DNA of 64,000 nucleotides from Lophium mytilinum (lineage: Eukaryota): the NCBI GenBank assembly GCA_010093605.1, contig MU004186.1, forward strand, positions 2,212,616-2,276,615. Reading direction: 5' to 3'. Both the position numbers and the translations under genes were made by a program. Position 1 is the stretch's first letter; each line of letters begins with the position of its first letter. The notes beneath the pieces were generated by a model. It worked only from the letters and a program-made list of their open reading frames with translations, was not told the DNA's origin and searched no databases. Of this stretch, positions 39,194-52,926 are shown piece after piece.

Positions 39194-39889
39194 TCATGAA
39201 TTTGACGAAAATTGAGAGCAGATAGTTGAAGCCTCGACTTGTCTCGTTCGGTATCTACCTAGACCTGTCTGTGACTGCGTCCCAATCCAATCTACCAACC
39301 CCGTGTATAGCCCAGGGACTATGAGATCGCAGGTCCCCGCGCACGCTGCACCGCTAGCGGCTGGGAACCAGCAGACGCCTTTCAGTACGGGCAGGATGGC
39401 ATCAAGGCTTAGAACACACGCCTCGCACACCGTCAGCTCCTCGACCAACCGTGTGGTCTGCGGATCAAAGAGGGAGTACCAAACCCGCGTCTCCGTCGGC
39501 GTCTCCCCCGCCACCGTGACCTCATCGTTCGGACACGGCCCGCTCCGGGGGCTCTGCAGCTCAGCTACAACGCCTAAAAGAGACGCGTCTGGAGCAGATT
39601 GTGAGACAAGCCAGGCGTATGCGATCTTGATCCAGTTGTTGTTGAAGTCGCAGGCGGTGGGTCGGTTGGCGGGTATGGGCGGAGAGACAGCGAAGAAGCG
39701 GGCGTAGGGGTGCGGGAGGATGGAGGTGGTGTAGCAGGTTGGGCAGACGACGAATTCGGGGTAGGATTTTAACGAAAACCAATCAACATAGTCGTGGGAG
39801 AAATTTGGTCGTGGACATTCAGCCTATTGCACCGCACCTGGAGAGATGGAGCCAGGAGGAGGGGCGGCTGGGGGTTTGACAAGAGGCAT
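39194..39889 (-). pseudogene. Cys-rich fungal protein gene interrupted by an in-frame TAG at codon 22
   Basis: ATG at 39889, TAG at 39826-39824, then an open frame CPRPNF...DWFSL...FVVCPTCY...CDF...WIKIAYAW...CP...WYSL.DP...TVCEACV that continues into the 39194..39514 ORF. Confidence 0.65.
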
Positions 39890-40279
39890 AATTGAAAGGT
39901 TCTCTTTCTATTTGGCTAAGCGAGGAGAGAAGAGATAGAGAGAAGACCTGAGAGAGAGAACGAACCTTTGGGAGAATCGCGGCGTGATGAAGGCTGCGAG
40001 GCTGAAGGACCTCAGCTGAGGCGTTTATTGGGTCTAGACCTATGTTGGGCAAGTATGGGGCTGGTATGTCAGCTTCGCAACTTCAGGCAACACGGATGAT
40101 AACGCTCTAAACAGATCTATTCATTCCAGATTCTTGAAATTGTATTGTGGAGCTGTTTTTTGTGGCAACTTGGGTTATCGGAGGAAGTAGATATTCTATT
40201 CTTACGCTTTGGCAAAATTAACGCCAACAAACGGATATCTGAGCTTCTTCACCGTCAATTCCCCTTATGCCTTGGTTTC

Positions 40280-41941
40280 TCAACCTATATGAACCCTGAT
40301 TCTCTGGGTGACCTTCTTCCGACACATTGGGCATTTTGCTCCCGTCTCTGGGATGTTCCGGTGCTTAATGGGCATTTGAATGTCTGCACACCACTCGCAC
40401 ATAACAAGATGCCCACAAGGCACACATGCGATATCTGCGACTTGTTGATAGCAGATTTGGCACTCCAGCTTGACCATCTTCTCGGCGTCAGTCTTCGGTT
40501 CCGGTCTGCTGTCGTTATCCAAGTGCTTAGTAGGTAGGTGCAGTGAAGCTAGAAGATCTCGAGCCTCTTCTCCCCGGCTGTCCGGGCTGACCATTGCACG
40601 GAGGCGATGCTCAAAATCATCCAATAAAGACTCCGTTGCGCTTGTCGTACGCGGTATACCCTCCCTTCGGGCTTGTTGCCCCACTTGAAACGGCTCTTCC
40701 ATGCGCACCTGCAGCTGCTCGAGGTGTCGGCGTTGTACGTCGCTCAGTTGCTCCAGTTGTCGTTCTTCGGTGCGCAAGTGCTGCAGCTGCTCGCGGTGTC
40801 GTCGTTGTGCGTTGCGCAGTTGCTCCAGTGTCTCCAGTTGTCGTTCTTCGGCGCGAAGCTGCCGCAAATGCGGGTGCTCTTGCGGCATCGAGGTTGCCTC
40901 ATTGCCAGAGGGACGTGAGCCTACAGTGATTTGTTCAGGCGCGCGGGATGCTACAGGCTCCACGTCCGGAGGCGATGTATGCCGCCGCGCAAGATCAACT
41001 GGCGTCAGGCTCAAAGCACTGGAATGCGGTGAAGCTGGCGAATTTGACAAACCAGCAAAAAAGTCTCGTTCTCCTTCAATTCGACGCTGTTCAGCTTCGG
41101 CACGATTCATCTCAATTCGGCGTCGATTCCACTCTGCGTGGCGAATAAAGAGGCCTGTGATTGGACTCATATAGTCGTCGCTTTCAATGTCTTCGCGAGT
41201 ACCCCAGACTCTCCTCGTGCGCTCGGCTGTCCACTCGGCCCTGCGTTCGCGCAACTGCTGAATTTCGAGTGATCGTTGTGGTTGAGCAGACGGTATATCA
41301 ACGTCGTCTTCGTCCTCGAGAAGGTCGTCGAGTTCTTCTTCAATCGTGCGGTGAGGTTCTGCGGTGCTGGCAGCTTCAGCAGGCGTCGTTGCTCTCGTCG
41401 TCCTGTTGAGTGCTCTTGTTGCGTCGTTTTGTTGTCCTGTTCGGAGTTCGTTCACTGTGAGTGGCAAGTATCCTGGAGAGACGTCCCGGAATGGCTCGCC
41501 AACAACTGCTATGCGAGATTCGGTCCCGTCTGCGGCCTTGACGATCCGATAGCCCTGGTGAAACTCGTTCCAGCGCTCAAGGAATTCGGTTTGATCTGGG
41601 AGTTCTGGAATTCGTGTCCGAGAAAGTGGGAGAGGAGGATCTGCTGAAGCGATGCGGTTGTTCCAGAATTCTACTCAAACACGTCAGCGACATGCATTCC
41701 ATGGTTCAGGAAAAGACTGTGAGTGGGATTATCCACCTTTACAGAACCAACAATAGCTCTGCCATCGTGTGCCCCGCTGGACGAACCCAACACCGTCTAT
41801 GTATACCGAGTACGAGCTCGAGTGGGCGCGTTCGTCGGCACAGGCGCAGCAATTAGGTGTGGATGTCAGTCGGCAGGAAGTGGCCAGTTTATGGGGACAG
41901 TGTTCCTCCAGTCGAGGAACATCGCCCGTGAGGGTTCCCAT
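40280..41941 (-). CDS. C3HC4 RING-finger protein (putative E3 ligase)
   Basis: C-terminal CQICYQQVADIACVPCGHLVMCEWCAD...CPMCRK; N-terminal Cys-rich exon (CCAC...YCWFCK); one intron near 41736-41671. Confidence 0.88.
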
Positions 41942-42346
41942 GGTGTTGAATGATGATCTGTGAAAAGTTCAACGGGTTCGGATGACGGGCTGTAGATGCA
42001 GAGCTTGTAAGAAGCAAGAGGTCCTCTATTCACCACGGTTCGATCAGTCGCAAGTCATGTCTTGCAAGAAGCATGCGCATCGATAAAAGGGTAGTGTTTT
42101 CCAAAGAGAGCCCCAAGACTGCACTGATCGCTTTGCTTCCTCTTCATGAATTGACTGCTAGTGTTGTTGGGAGATGCGGCGAAGAGGGGTGTAGTTGACG
42201 ATGGCACGATAGTTCTAGCTCGGCGGAGATGAGGCCACTAACTCCACAGCCTCCAGACGTCATGCAGGTGCACTTTCACACCCACAGCTCCACTGCATCA
42301 GCCCCATGGCAGGCATCCATACCCTCTTCAGCACTACAACTTCTCG

Positions 42347-43359
42347 ATGCTTCCTCGACTGCGGCTGACTCTCGCACATCTCTCAAGACGACCCTCAAAC
42401 TCCGCTATACTCGCAACAATCACCAGAACAGCTTCTGCCAAAATGTCAACCTTCACCCTGCCCAACACGACTCCGCCAATTCCAGTGTCGCTGCCTTCGA
42501 ACCTACCACAAGACGCTCTAATTTCATTCCCGGCTTTCAAAAATTGGCTAGCCACGCTGCAACATTCCCTGTCCCTCCAGAGCAACAAGTCACACACCTT
42601 CCACGCGAATCCCTACGCCCTCAAGAATATCGAGGTTCAGGCTGTCGATTGGTTTGGGAAGAAGCCGGGCTTTATCAAGCTGCAGGCAAAGGTAGAGAAT
42701 GACAATGGCGAGAGTCTGCCTGGGGCTGTGTTCTTGAGGGGAGGTAGTGTAGCTATGCTGGTACGTTGCGCCTTGTGGCGCTCTACATCGATATCTATCC
42801 TTCACTATGGTTATGCGTCTCGTGCTAACCTTGTAAACTCCGTCCGTAGCTCATTCTCCAACCCGACGATGTCCCCGCCGACACGGAGAAAGATAAACAC
42901 GTCCTCCTGACCGTTCAGCCCCGCATCGCAGCCGGATCTCTCGAACTCATCGAACTACCAGCAGGCATGCTAGATGACGGCACTTTCTCTGGAACTGCCG
43001 CCAAGGAAATACAAGAGGAGACAGGGTTGGAGGTCCCAGAGTCTGAACTCGTCAACATGACGGAGCTGGCATTGGCGTCAGGAGCAAGCTCCAACGATGT
43101 CGAGAAGCTGCAGACCGCCATGTACCCTTCCCCAGGCGCATGCGACGAATTCATTGCACTCTTCCTGCACCAAAAGCGCATTCCGCGTTCCCAACTTGAC
43201 GAGTTCCGTGGCAAGCTGACGGGCCTACGCGACGAAGGCGAGAAGATAACTCTGAAGCTGGTGAGGCTAGAAGACCTGTGGCGTGAGAGTGGGCGGGACG
43301 CGAAAGCCCTGGCGGCTTGGGCGATGTACCAGGGACTACGGGGGGAAGGCAAGATTTAG
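42347..43359 (+). CDS. Nudix hydrolase (NUDT14/ADP-sugar pyrophosphatase-like) with probable mitochondrial presequence
   Basis: LPGAVFLRGGSVAML, intron 42761-42850, ELPAGMLDDG...AAKEIQEETGL Nudix box, YPSPGACDE. Confidence 0.92.
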
Positions 43360-43899
43360 TATGAGTGCCTAGACAGAAGTCTCTGAATATCTGCTCGCCA
43401 CTGTCCGAGGCGCTTTGGTGCATCATGCAAAATCCGGATGAGATGGTAAAAACTAGAGAGTGCGAATCTGAGCCGTTCCAAACGCTTTTCATCAACTTAC
43501 GTCGCTGTCGATCGGGCTGCTTCAACAAGCTATCAGAATCTCACAAACGGACTGAAACCAGGCGCAGAGGTGAGTGCAAGCTTATGCCCTGGTACTAAAT
43601 AGCACCTCGATCCAATCGCAGACAATGTGCGGCAAATCAGGCAAGTATCATCAAAGAACGGTGCAGTCAGAACATCGTATGCAAATGCTGTTCAAGCATG
43701 CCATCGCTGTTGGAGTAAATGGGACCGAGGTCTTTTCGAGCGCAGGATCGGTGCTGCTACCCCAGAAAGCTTCTTCCCCGGCATCCCCACGACCGGATTC
43801 CACATTCCTACAAAGCTCTCGCACCACCCCAACCTTCTCGAATTAAAGGAGATCCCGCTTGATTGATACCGGCTAGCGCTCTCATGCCGCTCGGGTAGT

Positions 43900-43937
43900 C
43901 CCCGCACCATTACCCCGGAGCCCCAGACGATCCCCAG
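43900..43937. promoter_or_regulatory. Cluster of four CreA/Mig1-type (SYGGRG) sites
   Basis: CCCCGC 43900, CCCCGG 43913, CCCCAG 43921 and CCCCAG 43932, ~170-200 bp upstream of a sugar-transporter ATG. Confidence 0.45.
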
Positions 43938-44102
43938 CTTCTCGCACTGTTTTGTCCCGAGAGCGAAGCACGGGGTGAGCAGGCTAGTGTTCGGGGTAGT
44001 ATAAGGACGTTACCTTGACTGAATATAAGAGCCCTTCAAGCTTATTCTTCCCTCAATATCTCCATCAAGTTTCATGAGGTTCGTTATTTCTACACAGCAA
44101 GC

Positions 44103-45784
44103 ATGGCCATTTGGAAACGAAGGATTGTCGTCGACGACAATGCCATTACTGAAGGATCTGGCCTGACCCTCAGACAATCACTAGTCCCTTGTGGTCTTGG
44201 TATGCGTCTATAATCAACAGCTTCATTCCTTTTACTAACCACGAACACTCGCAGTAACGATTCTCTTCTTCCTCTGGGGTTTCGCTTACGGTCTTCTTGA
44301 TGTTCTCAATTCGCATTTCCAATCTACTCTCAACATCAGCGCAAGCAAAGCCTCTGGGCTCTCAGCCGCCTATTTCGGTGCCTACTTCCTCTGCCCATTG
44401 ACAATCTCCGGTTGGATCCTTCGTCGCTATGGTTTCCGCGTAACCTTCATGACCGGTAACTTACTCAATGCTCCCACTTATACAACCATCTAACACCCCC
44501 AGGCCTCGCCGTTCTAGCAGTCGGTTGCCTCCTCTTCTGGCCCTCAGGCGTCAAAGCCTCCTTTGGCGGCTTCTGTGGCAGCATGTTCGTCGTTGGTGCT
44601 GGCCTCTCCACCCTCGAAACTGGCGCCGACAACTTCCTCTCCATCTGTGGACCCCCTCGCTACTCCGAGATCCGCCTCAACATCGCACAGGGCGTGCAGG
44701 GCATCGGTTCCTTCGTTGCACCACTGCTGGCATCGCGCGTGTTCTTTGCGAACACCGTGAACACAGCACAGGGGCTAAAGAACGTACAGTGGGTGTATCT
44801 AGGCGTAGCTGGCTTTGTCGCGTTGTTGATCATACTGTTCTTTTTTGCGCCGATGCCTGAAGTCACGGATGCAGACATGAATATTCAGGAGGAGGATATT
44901 GCTGGTGAGGATGTTGGGCCGTTCAAGAAGCAGTATAACCTCTTCTTTGGGGTGTGGTCGCAGTTTTGCTATGTAAGTCTCCTCCCTTTCTATCCAACCC
45001 AAGAAACTCAGCCTAATTTCTCACAGGTCGGCGCTCAAGTAGCAGTCGCAAACTACTTTATCAACTTCTGCCAAGAAGCCGGATACACACCAGCGATGTC
45101 ATGTAAGCCAACCTTTTCGCTACTTACGACCTCTTCCACGCTCAAACCACCCCCTAATACTGATATCACCCAGCAAACCTCCTCGCCGTCGGCCAAGGCA
45201 TGTACGCCTTCATGCGCTTCGTGACTGCCGGTCTTATGACCATGCGCGCCTTCAAACCCCGCTTCATTATGGCTTTTTACCTTGGGCTATGCTTCATATT
45301 TGGCCTTGCAGCTACCCTGACACATGGAAAGGCGAGCGTTGCCATGCTGATTCTCGTTTTGTGCTTTGAGAGCGTAAGCGGCCCCTTATCCGCTATGCTC
45401 CATGAAACACTAACACCTCGCGAACAGGCCTGCTTCGCGACAATCTTCACCCTCGCCCTTCGCGGGCTGGGCCGACACACCAAGATCGGCGGGAGTATGC
45501 TCGTCGCTGCTATCTCTGGCGGTGCAGCTATTCCGCCAATGACGGGAGCTGTAGCCACTCGCACTGGTAACTTTCACACTGCGATGGCGATTCCAACCGC
45601 GTTCTATGTCCTCGCCTGGGTGTTCCCAGTATACGCCAATTTCTGGAATTCGAAGAGCTTGGATGGGCATCGTGCTACGGATCTAAATATCATGGCGCCC
45701 GGTCTGGGAAAAGAAGGGGAGCTTGAGAAGGTTGGGGAGGAAAGGCAGGAAAGGGTGGAAGTGAGCGCTGGAGAGAAGTTGTGA
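44103..45784 (+). CDS. MFS transporter, L-fucose/glucose-galactose permease (FucP-like)
   Basis: TILFFLWGFAYGLLDVLNSHFQ, GLSTLETGADNFLSICGPPRYSEIRLN, FCYVGAQVAVA and FATIFTLALRGLGRHTK; five introns. Confidence 0.93.
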
Positions 45785-46162
45785 GACGAGAGGGGTAAAA
45801 GGAACGGCCAGGAGTTCAACTAATCAAGAGAGTTTGTGAAGGTTTATGGATGACTATTCGGTAATCTGTAGCTAGTTCAACATACTATTTATACCTGCTT
45901 CATGCATTACAACGTGAGGTTTCAAGAGTTTCGTACCCATTCTCTCGTATGAAGAGTAGAGAACCCTGACTCCGGCGGATGAACTAGTAACTCTGTGGAT
46001 TGTAGCCTCATGGTGTCGATGCCTAGCTTCTGGGCATTTCCTAAATTTTGTGGTGTATAGTTAGAATGTCACGTGCCGAAGCTCTTTACGCGCATCGACG
46101 CCAAAACGCGTCCTCCAACTTCACACTCCACACCACAAATACCTTGCAATCCAGCCACGAAC

Positions 46163-47492
46163 ATGGCATTGCTAGTCGACAAACACCGCCCGCGGACCCT
46201 CGAGGCCCTGACCTACCACCCCGACCTCTCCGCGCGCCTGAAGTCCCTGGTAAGCTCTCCACCTCCATCTATACCCCCAGCCCTCGCTCTAACACCTCCC
46301 CTCACAGGCCCAGAGCGGCGACTTCCCCCACCTCCTCGTCTACGGGCCCTCCGGCGCAGGCAAGAAAACCCGCATCGTCGCCACCCTCAAAGAGCTCTAC
46401 GGGCCAGGCGTCGAAAAGATAAAAATCGACGCGCGCGTCTTCCAGACCACCTCGAACCGCAAGCTCGAATTCAACATCGTGTCCTCCGTCTACCACCTCG
46501 AGATCACGCCCTCTGACGTCGGCAACTACGACCGCGTGGTGGTTCAAGATCTGCTGAAGGAGGTTGCGCAGACGCAGCAGGTGGATTTGGGCGCAAAGCA
46601 GCGGTTCAAGGTGGTGGTGATCAACGAGGCGGACCATTTGACGAGGGATGCGCAGGCGGCGCTAAGGAGGACGATGGAGAAATATAGTCCGAACTTGAGG
46701 TTGATTTTGCTGGCGAATAGTACGAGTAATATCATTGCGCCGATTAGGAGTCGGACGCTTTTGGTAAGGGTGGCGGCGCCGAGTGAGGGGGAGATTTGTG
46801 AGGTGTTGAAGACGGTGGGGAGGAAGGAGGGGTATAAGGAGGTGGAGACATTGAATGAGAGGATTGCGAAGGAGAGTGGGAGGAACCTGAGGAGGGCGTT
46901 GTTGATGTTTGAGGCGGTTCATGCGCAGAAGTAGGTGGTGCTAGTGTCTTCACATTTCAGAGCAGTGCTAATTTTGGGCTGCAGTGAGGCTATCACAGAC
47001 AAAACGCCTATTCCTCCGCCAGATTGGGAAGCCTTGATTGCGCAGATTGCGGACGATATTATACAGGAAAGGAGTCCGGCGAGGTTGTTGCAAGTGAGGG
47101 CGAAGCTATACGACCTCCTGACGCATTGCATACCAGCTACTACCATCCTCAAGGTGTGTGTGTCCGCAACTCTCACAACGTTTTACGGCTAACTTCTGTC
47201 CAGACTTTGACATGGAAACTTCTCCCCAAAACTGATGACGACCTAAAACCAGACGTTATCAAATGGGCAGCGTTCTACGAGCACAGGATCCGCATGGGCA
47301 GCGTAAGCCATTGCCCTCATCTTGTAACTTGCTGAAGCTAATTGGTTGGCAGAAAGTAATATTCCATCTCGAAGCATTCGTCGCGAAGTACATGCGGCTA
47401 TACGAAAGGTATTGCAATAATTCAAATTCCTCTTCTTCCCATGAACCCCGCTAACTCTATCCAGCCATCTCATGGGCGTTGACTTCGACTAA
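46163..47492 (+). CDS. RFC5: Replication factor C subunit 5 (yeast Rfc5 / human RFC3)
   Basis: MALLVDKHRP, GDFPHLLVYGPSGAGKKTR, QAALRRTMEKYSPNLRL, APIRSR, KVIFHLEAFVAKYM; multi-exon. Confidence 0.96.
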
Positions 47493-47789
47493 ACGGTTCA
47501 TTTACAGCATGGCATTGATTGGACGAGAACGAGCAAACGGGCGTTTTGGCGATCAATACTATATGGGAATATCATGAAACCCTTGACCTCTACCTACAAG
47601 GTTCTCATGTTTTTGGAGTTGTTGTACCCTTTTAGACACCCGACTCTGCGTCATCGACGTCATATCGGGTCACGAACCACTAGTCTCAACGCGAACTTCG
47701 CGACTCAACGTTACAACCGCGTGCTGTACAACTGCAATTGACACCTCTGCCAAACCCTCCCTTCGTCGCAATATAACTGAAACGCGATA

Positions 47790-48429
47790 ATGGCAGATAA
47801 GCTGATGGACACAGAGCCTGGTGGGGAGAATACGCAGTACTGCACTACTTATACACTACCCTATCTAAAGTATAGAATCTAACAACGCTGAAAGATACGA
47901 ATCCATCAACGAATTCACTAAAGCACCTAAGAAAGAGAGTGGACAGTTAGGCGGTATGCAACCTTCTCAAATTCTCCCAATCCTCTATCGATCCACACTA
48001 TGCCCTCCATCCCAATGTACATTCAATCCCCCCTCCAAAGAAGCCCTTCACGCATCTCTGCCATCCTCTCTTCTCCACCCCATATCTCTCACTCTCTCCC
48101 TTCTCGCTCTCGTGTTCCGAGCGCCATGGGCAACATCCATCTCCTACCTAGCTCAACTCCTAACCCCCCCAGATCCCACCGACACTTCCACTCCCGCCGC
48201 TACGGAGGATAAGAACGAGGCGAACAGCGTCGGCATCACCCCCGCCGACAAGATCCGCTACGGGCAAGCTTTGCAAGAGGGCGGGATGGGCGGTAAGACG
48301 GAGGGCGGCTTAGAGTCGAACACGTCTACGTCCGATGGGCTGGGGAGGGAGGAGGAAGGGGAGCAGAGCGGAAATGGGGGAGCGAGGGCGGCGCAGGGGT
48401 ATGGGGAGGGGAGTGGGGTTGGGGGATAG
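47790..48429 (+). CDS. Small Gly/Glu-rich hydrophilic protein (~120 aa)
   Basis: Three exons: MADKLMDTEPGGENTQ / YESINEFTKAPKKESGQLG / DPTDTSTPAA...KIRYGQALQEGGMGGKT...RAAQGYGEGSGVGG, with canonical GT-CTAAC-AG introns. Confidence 0.7.
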
Positions 48430-49079
48430 AGGGGTGAGAGGGTGGGTGGAGGGGGTGGGGAGGAAGAGAATGGGCAACTGGAGACGCGAGACGGGGGAGG
48501 GAGTTGCTAGCGACTGTATATTATGCGACATGTGTAGCGTAGCTCGTCCAGGGTGGTAACAAGTGAACGACTGGGCAATCAGCCGGAGCAGGCTGGTATT
48601 GATGTCCCTTCGTTCATCTTCTTATCTCACTATTCACATTGCATTACTCATACAACGATGATGAAGTGAACACGCTGAATTTGTTTCGAAGGTATCTTCA
48701 AATGCAAAGCCATTACTAGAAACTACAGTCTGGAAAGAGTGTTACACAACACGTAAAACCCCGTGCTCTCTTTCCCACCCATCCCATGCTCTTCTCTCCA
48801 ATGACTGCCCATTCTTCCGTGGTGCACAAGGTATGCAAAAACAAAGGGGTATGATGAAACCGTACACAATCCATCCATCCAACCGAACGTCCAGCCCAGA
48901 AATCTAAATGTGAGAAAAAAGAGGGTATAACGCCATTATGAAAGACCGGCTCAGCTCAGGCAAGAGAAAGGTAATGCACAAAAGAAAGGTAGAGAGTCTT
49001 TTCCAAGCGAGAGTTGCTCGGGAGCCCACGCTTAATCGGCCGTAATGTCGTTAATCGCTCAGTCTTTTCGACGGAAGGC

Positions 49080-51062
49080 TTAGTATCGTCGGTCGTTGTA
49101 GGAAGCGCCATACCCCCTCCCAGCCCCGGCCCCATCATACGCGTTGTTCGCCCCTCTTCCTCGATAGTATTCATCATGGCCGCCGTATGAGATCCCGTTG
49201 ATGGACTCAGCTCTAGTGCGGTTTGGGTTAGAGTCCTCCTCTGCTTGCCGTCTGGCCCAGTCCCGCTTTGCCTCTGCGTCCTTGGCGAAGCGGCGGGTTT
49301 CTTCATCGGATTCGTAGATGTTCGATGCGGAGTAGCGAGGGGCGTCACCGATAAAGGTGTCGGAGCGGGTGGCCGGATTTGAGAAGCTCGGACTGCGTGG
49401 TCTTCGACCATTGAGGGTTGAACTGGTTCGATGATGGCGAGAGGTGGAGGGAGGGTAGTCGGTTGAACGGGTGGAGGTAGGAGGCCATTGATTTGAGCTG
49501 GCGGAAGATTGTGAGCGATGTCCACGAGTGTGTGTTTCGGTATCGGATCTCATCGCGGCGGGTTCTTCAAAGACTCTGCCACCGTTGGGGGCGGCTGAGT
49601 AGGGCTGTCGTTCGCGTTCGATGGGGATTGATGGAGGGAGTTCGTCTTCTTCATCTGTGTCGATGGCTGATGTTGACGGATGCCCGGCTGCGCCACCGTA
49701 TGGGCTTCTCTCACGCTCTAAACTGGCGTTGACACTCGGTACGAGAGGCGGAGGCGGTGGGAAAGTGGGTGCTTTCTTTAGTGGTACAGCGCCATCGGCG
49801 GAGAGTGCAGCAGCACAGCGTTGCTGAGCTTGTAGATTTTCATGCTTTGGAAATAGACGTCGAGGTAATTCTTTTGGAAATCGCTCCTTGGCGTCGTCGG
49901 CATTGCTAATGGGCATATCCAGAACAGCCCTCGAGAGCCGGTCATGTTCAGTGTCTGGGTATGCTTGAATCATGGCAGTCATCCATTCTTGAAATCCATC
50001 AGGTGTCAAGGCTGGGATGTTTGGGACTAAGTGGACCTCGTCTTGGACTAAATGGTGTTGACATTTCATGTCCCGGTACATCTTAGACAAGGCAGAGTTG
50101 GGCAGTTTTCCGAAGATAGCTGAACAACGTTAGACTAGACTAGACTTTCTTTGCTGATATGTAAACTCACTGCTCCATGGATAAATCTCGTCACTAAGTC
50201 TGACGTCGTCGTAGAACTTTTGCATTTTAGCCGGAGAGATGACAAGGCTCTTCTTCGGCTCGTAATCATCAATCTGAGACGGTTAGAAAGGGTGATCACC
50301 GTTTGTAATTGGCTTCGTACTTACAATGTGAATTGCCAGCCCTCTCAGAAACTGCCCCAGCCTTGCCGTTGGGTTCCCAGCCGAATCGAAGAGGGGTTGC
50401 CAGATTTTCTCCACCGTTGTTGCCTCTCCGTTGTCTGTTGGAATACGTGCAGCTGTTACAGGCCGGGTCCGAGAAGGCGGCTCGTATGCATGGCGTGGCT
50501 GGGTACTTTCTTGCCTGGGCGTCGGGGTATCGCCAGCGCCGTCAAACATGGGGTCGTGCCGCAAAGGATCAGGTGAATTGGACCCGTGGCTTTCAAAGTC
50601 GTGGCGGGTTGGGGATGGCGGTGTGTACACGTTGCGGGATGGAAAAGAGGCCGTCGTGGATGCAGTAGGCGACCGTGCCGGGTAGTGTTGCGTAGGAGGA
50701 GGCTGAGGTGCGGCGTTGACTCCTACCCCGCTAGACTTGAGGTCATCCAAGACCTGCTTCCTGACCTGGGCTGTGATCTGGGCTATAAGATCTGGGTCCA
50801 CTCGACTTGCGGCGTCAGATTTGTCAAACGCGCTGTTGACTGCGTCATAGATTGGCTGCTGCGAGCCATCGGAGCGGGTGTTGGACGATGCGCGCGATCG
50901 TGGGCTCTGCGGTTCGGGGGGATAGTATGCAGGATTGCTGTTCTGGTGGTGCGAGGGAGGATTGGTCGGATAGGACCGCGGATCGTAGGTGGTGTCGTAG
51001 GCGTATTGCGACGAGTGCTGGTCCGGCGGGTTCAGAGGCCCGCGGTAGCCGTCGTAGGCCAT
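49080..51062 (-). CDS. Pro/Ser-rich protein with DUF7514-like domain
   Basis: KIWQPLFD..GNPTARLGQFLRGLAIHI, CQHHLVQ and PNIPALTPDGFQEWMT motifs; two introns near 50322 and 50167. Confidence 0.8.
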
Positions 51063-52926
51063 GGAGAGGGGCTATTGCATCAACTCGCTTTTGGGTGTGA
51101 AGTACAGAGAAACGGGGTTCGCGGATCTGGTTGGTGATGGAAGTTTGGTAGCGGGCGCGGTTGGCTGGTGGGTCGAGATAGTGTGACAGCTCGCCGGTGG
51201 ATGGCCTGCAGGTCGGTATGCAGCTAAGTGGAGGCGAACGACGAGCGAAATCTGGCAGAGTGTGGAATATATACTGCGACTTGGGCCGCAGCAAGGTTGG
51301 AGGATGTTGGGTGTTCCTTCTCTTGGGAGGGAATGGCGCGATGGATGCTAGAGACGAGGTTGCGGTGGTGGTGGGGGTTTATGGGATTGGAGCTTCACCG
51401 GTGATGGAATGGCGGATGGCAAGCAGCAGACGACTTCAGCCACAGCCTGCTCTCTGAATGTAACGACGGCAGACGGTGAGTGGTGGGAGTAAGAAGCCGG
51501 TGGAGAGGCCTGGGGGGCATCCACAGTCGACACTCAGGGTAATTGGACAACGTCATCGGTACTGGGGGCTGCTGGGACCAAGTGTCTATTTTGATCGTCC
51601 TATTACGGTGGGCGACATCTTCAAACCACATCTACCTACATGCAAATCGAACGCACCCCTTCTCCCGTCCACAAGACAAGTCGTTGTCCATATACGCACA
51701 CCTGGCTGACGTCTCCCAGCACCCCTCGGGTTTCGTTTCGACTCGTTTCTGTTCCCCTCATTTCCTGTTTCAACTCCACCCCCTCAGCCTGACCTCCTGC
51801 CACCTGTCAGCGAGCTCCTGCGCCCGACGACGGCCCGCAGGGCGTAAATCGTTGATTCTCGCAGGGAACACCACGTTGCGCCTTCCGGTACTTCCACCGC
51901 CGGTCTGCATCGCCGGTGATCTTGGACGCATCTCTCGTAAAACAGTAATAGATCAGCTTTAGTGCTAGGTTTTGTGGCCGCCGCAATAACGGGTGGTGTT
52001 CTCTCTCATTTTGGGGGCTCTATTATATTATCACGTTACTACAACCGCAGAACGTCTATACCAGTAGACATATTGTTTAGATAGTTCAATGACTGACATA
52101 AGTTTGCTCTTTGTATGAGTTTTGGCTGCATCTCAAGTGCTTTGAAGTGAACAGCAGCCGAAGCTTCCTTATTCGAAATAAGGTCATTCATCAGCCTTTC
52201 TGAGAAACGCAGCATCAACCCTCTACCTTCCGGCACTTTTAACACGATTTTCTGTCTTGCACTAGTCCTGCGCCTCCGATGTACCTTTGTTGCGTCTAGT
52301 ATTTCGCTCAGGGAGGCTTGCTAGATGCGAACTGCGTTGAAAAAAGGCAGCGTATCCTGGAGCATGCTGATTACGGCGGCGAGGCTCCCGAGCATTTCCC
52401 GACGACCAGGCTGCGGGCTGAAGTTTCCGTGTTTCGTTTCATCGTGCTTCTGTTTCCCTCGTTAAGGTTGCGGAGATATCAGGTCTCGAGCATACAGCGC
52501 TTTCAAGAGACGTGATTAGAGCATTGGAGACAGGCTGGCTTGTCAACAAGCTGGCGGCAGATGAAGCAGAGGAGAAGAGGCATGGGGGAGGCACAGTAAT
52601 CCGACAGGCCCCCAAAGCAGGACCTTGGCGGCTAGGATGCAGCCGTTACGCTCTCTCACCACTCACGACGGCAGGGCAGGCTCCTCTAGCTATCGGCCAC
52701 GTCCTTGAAACGGGGGGTGTTGGAGAGGCGGCGGCGGCCCGTCTTGGGCCTTCCTGGATGACCGGAAGCTGCAGGTCGGTAGTCACGATACGAAGTGGTG
52801 AAGTACAGCAGCTGCTGGGCGAGGCTAGAAAATGGCCGCCCTGCTGCACAGCTGCTTCGTCTGTTCTAGGGCAGGGAGGTCGGGGCGCGGAGGGAGCGCC
52901 GGGTGGTGCAGGTGTCGATGGATATA

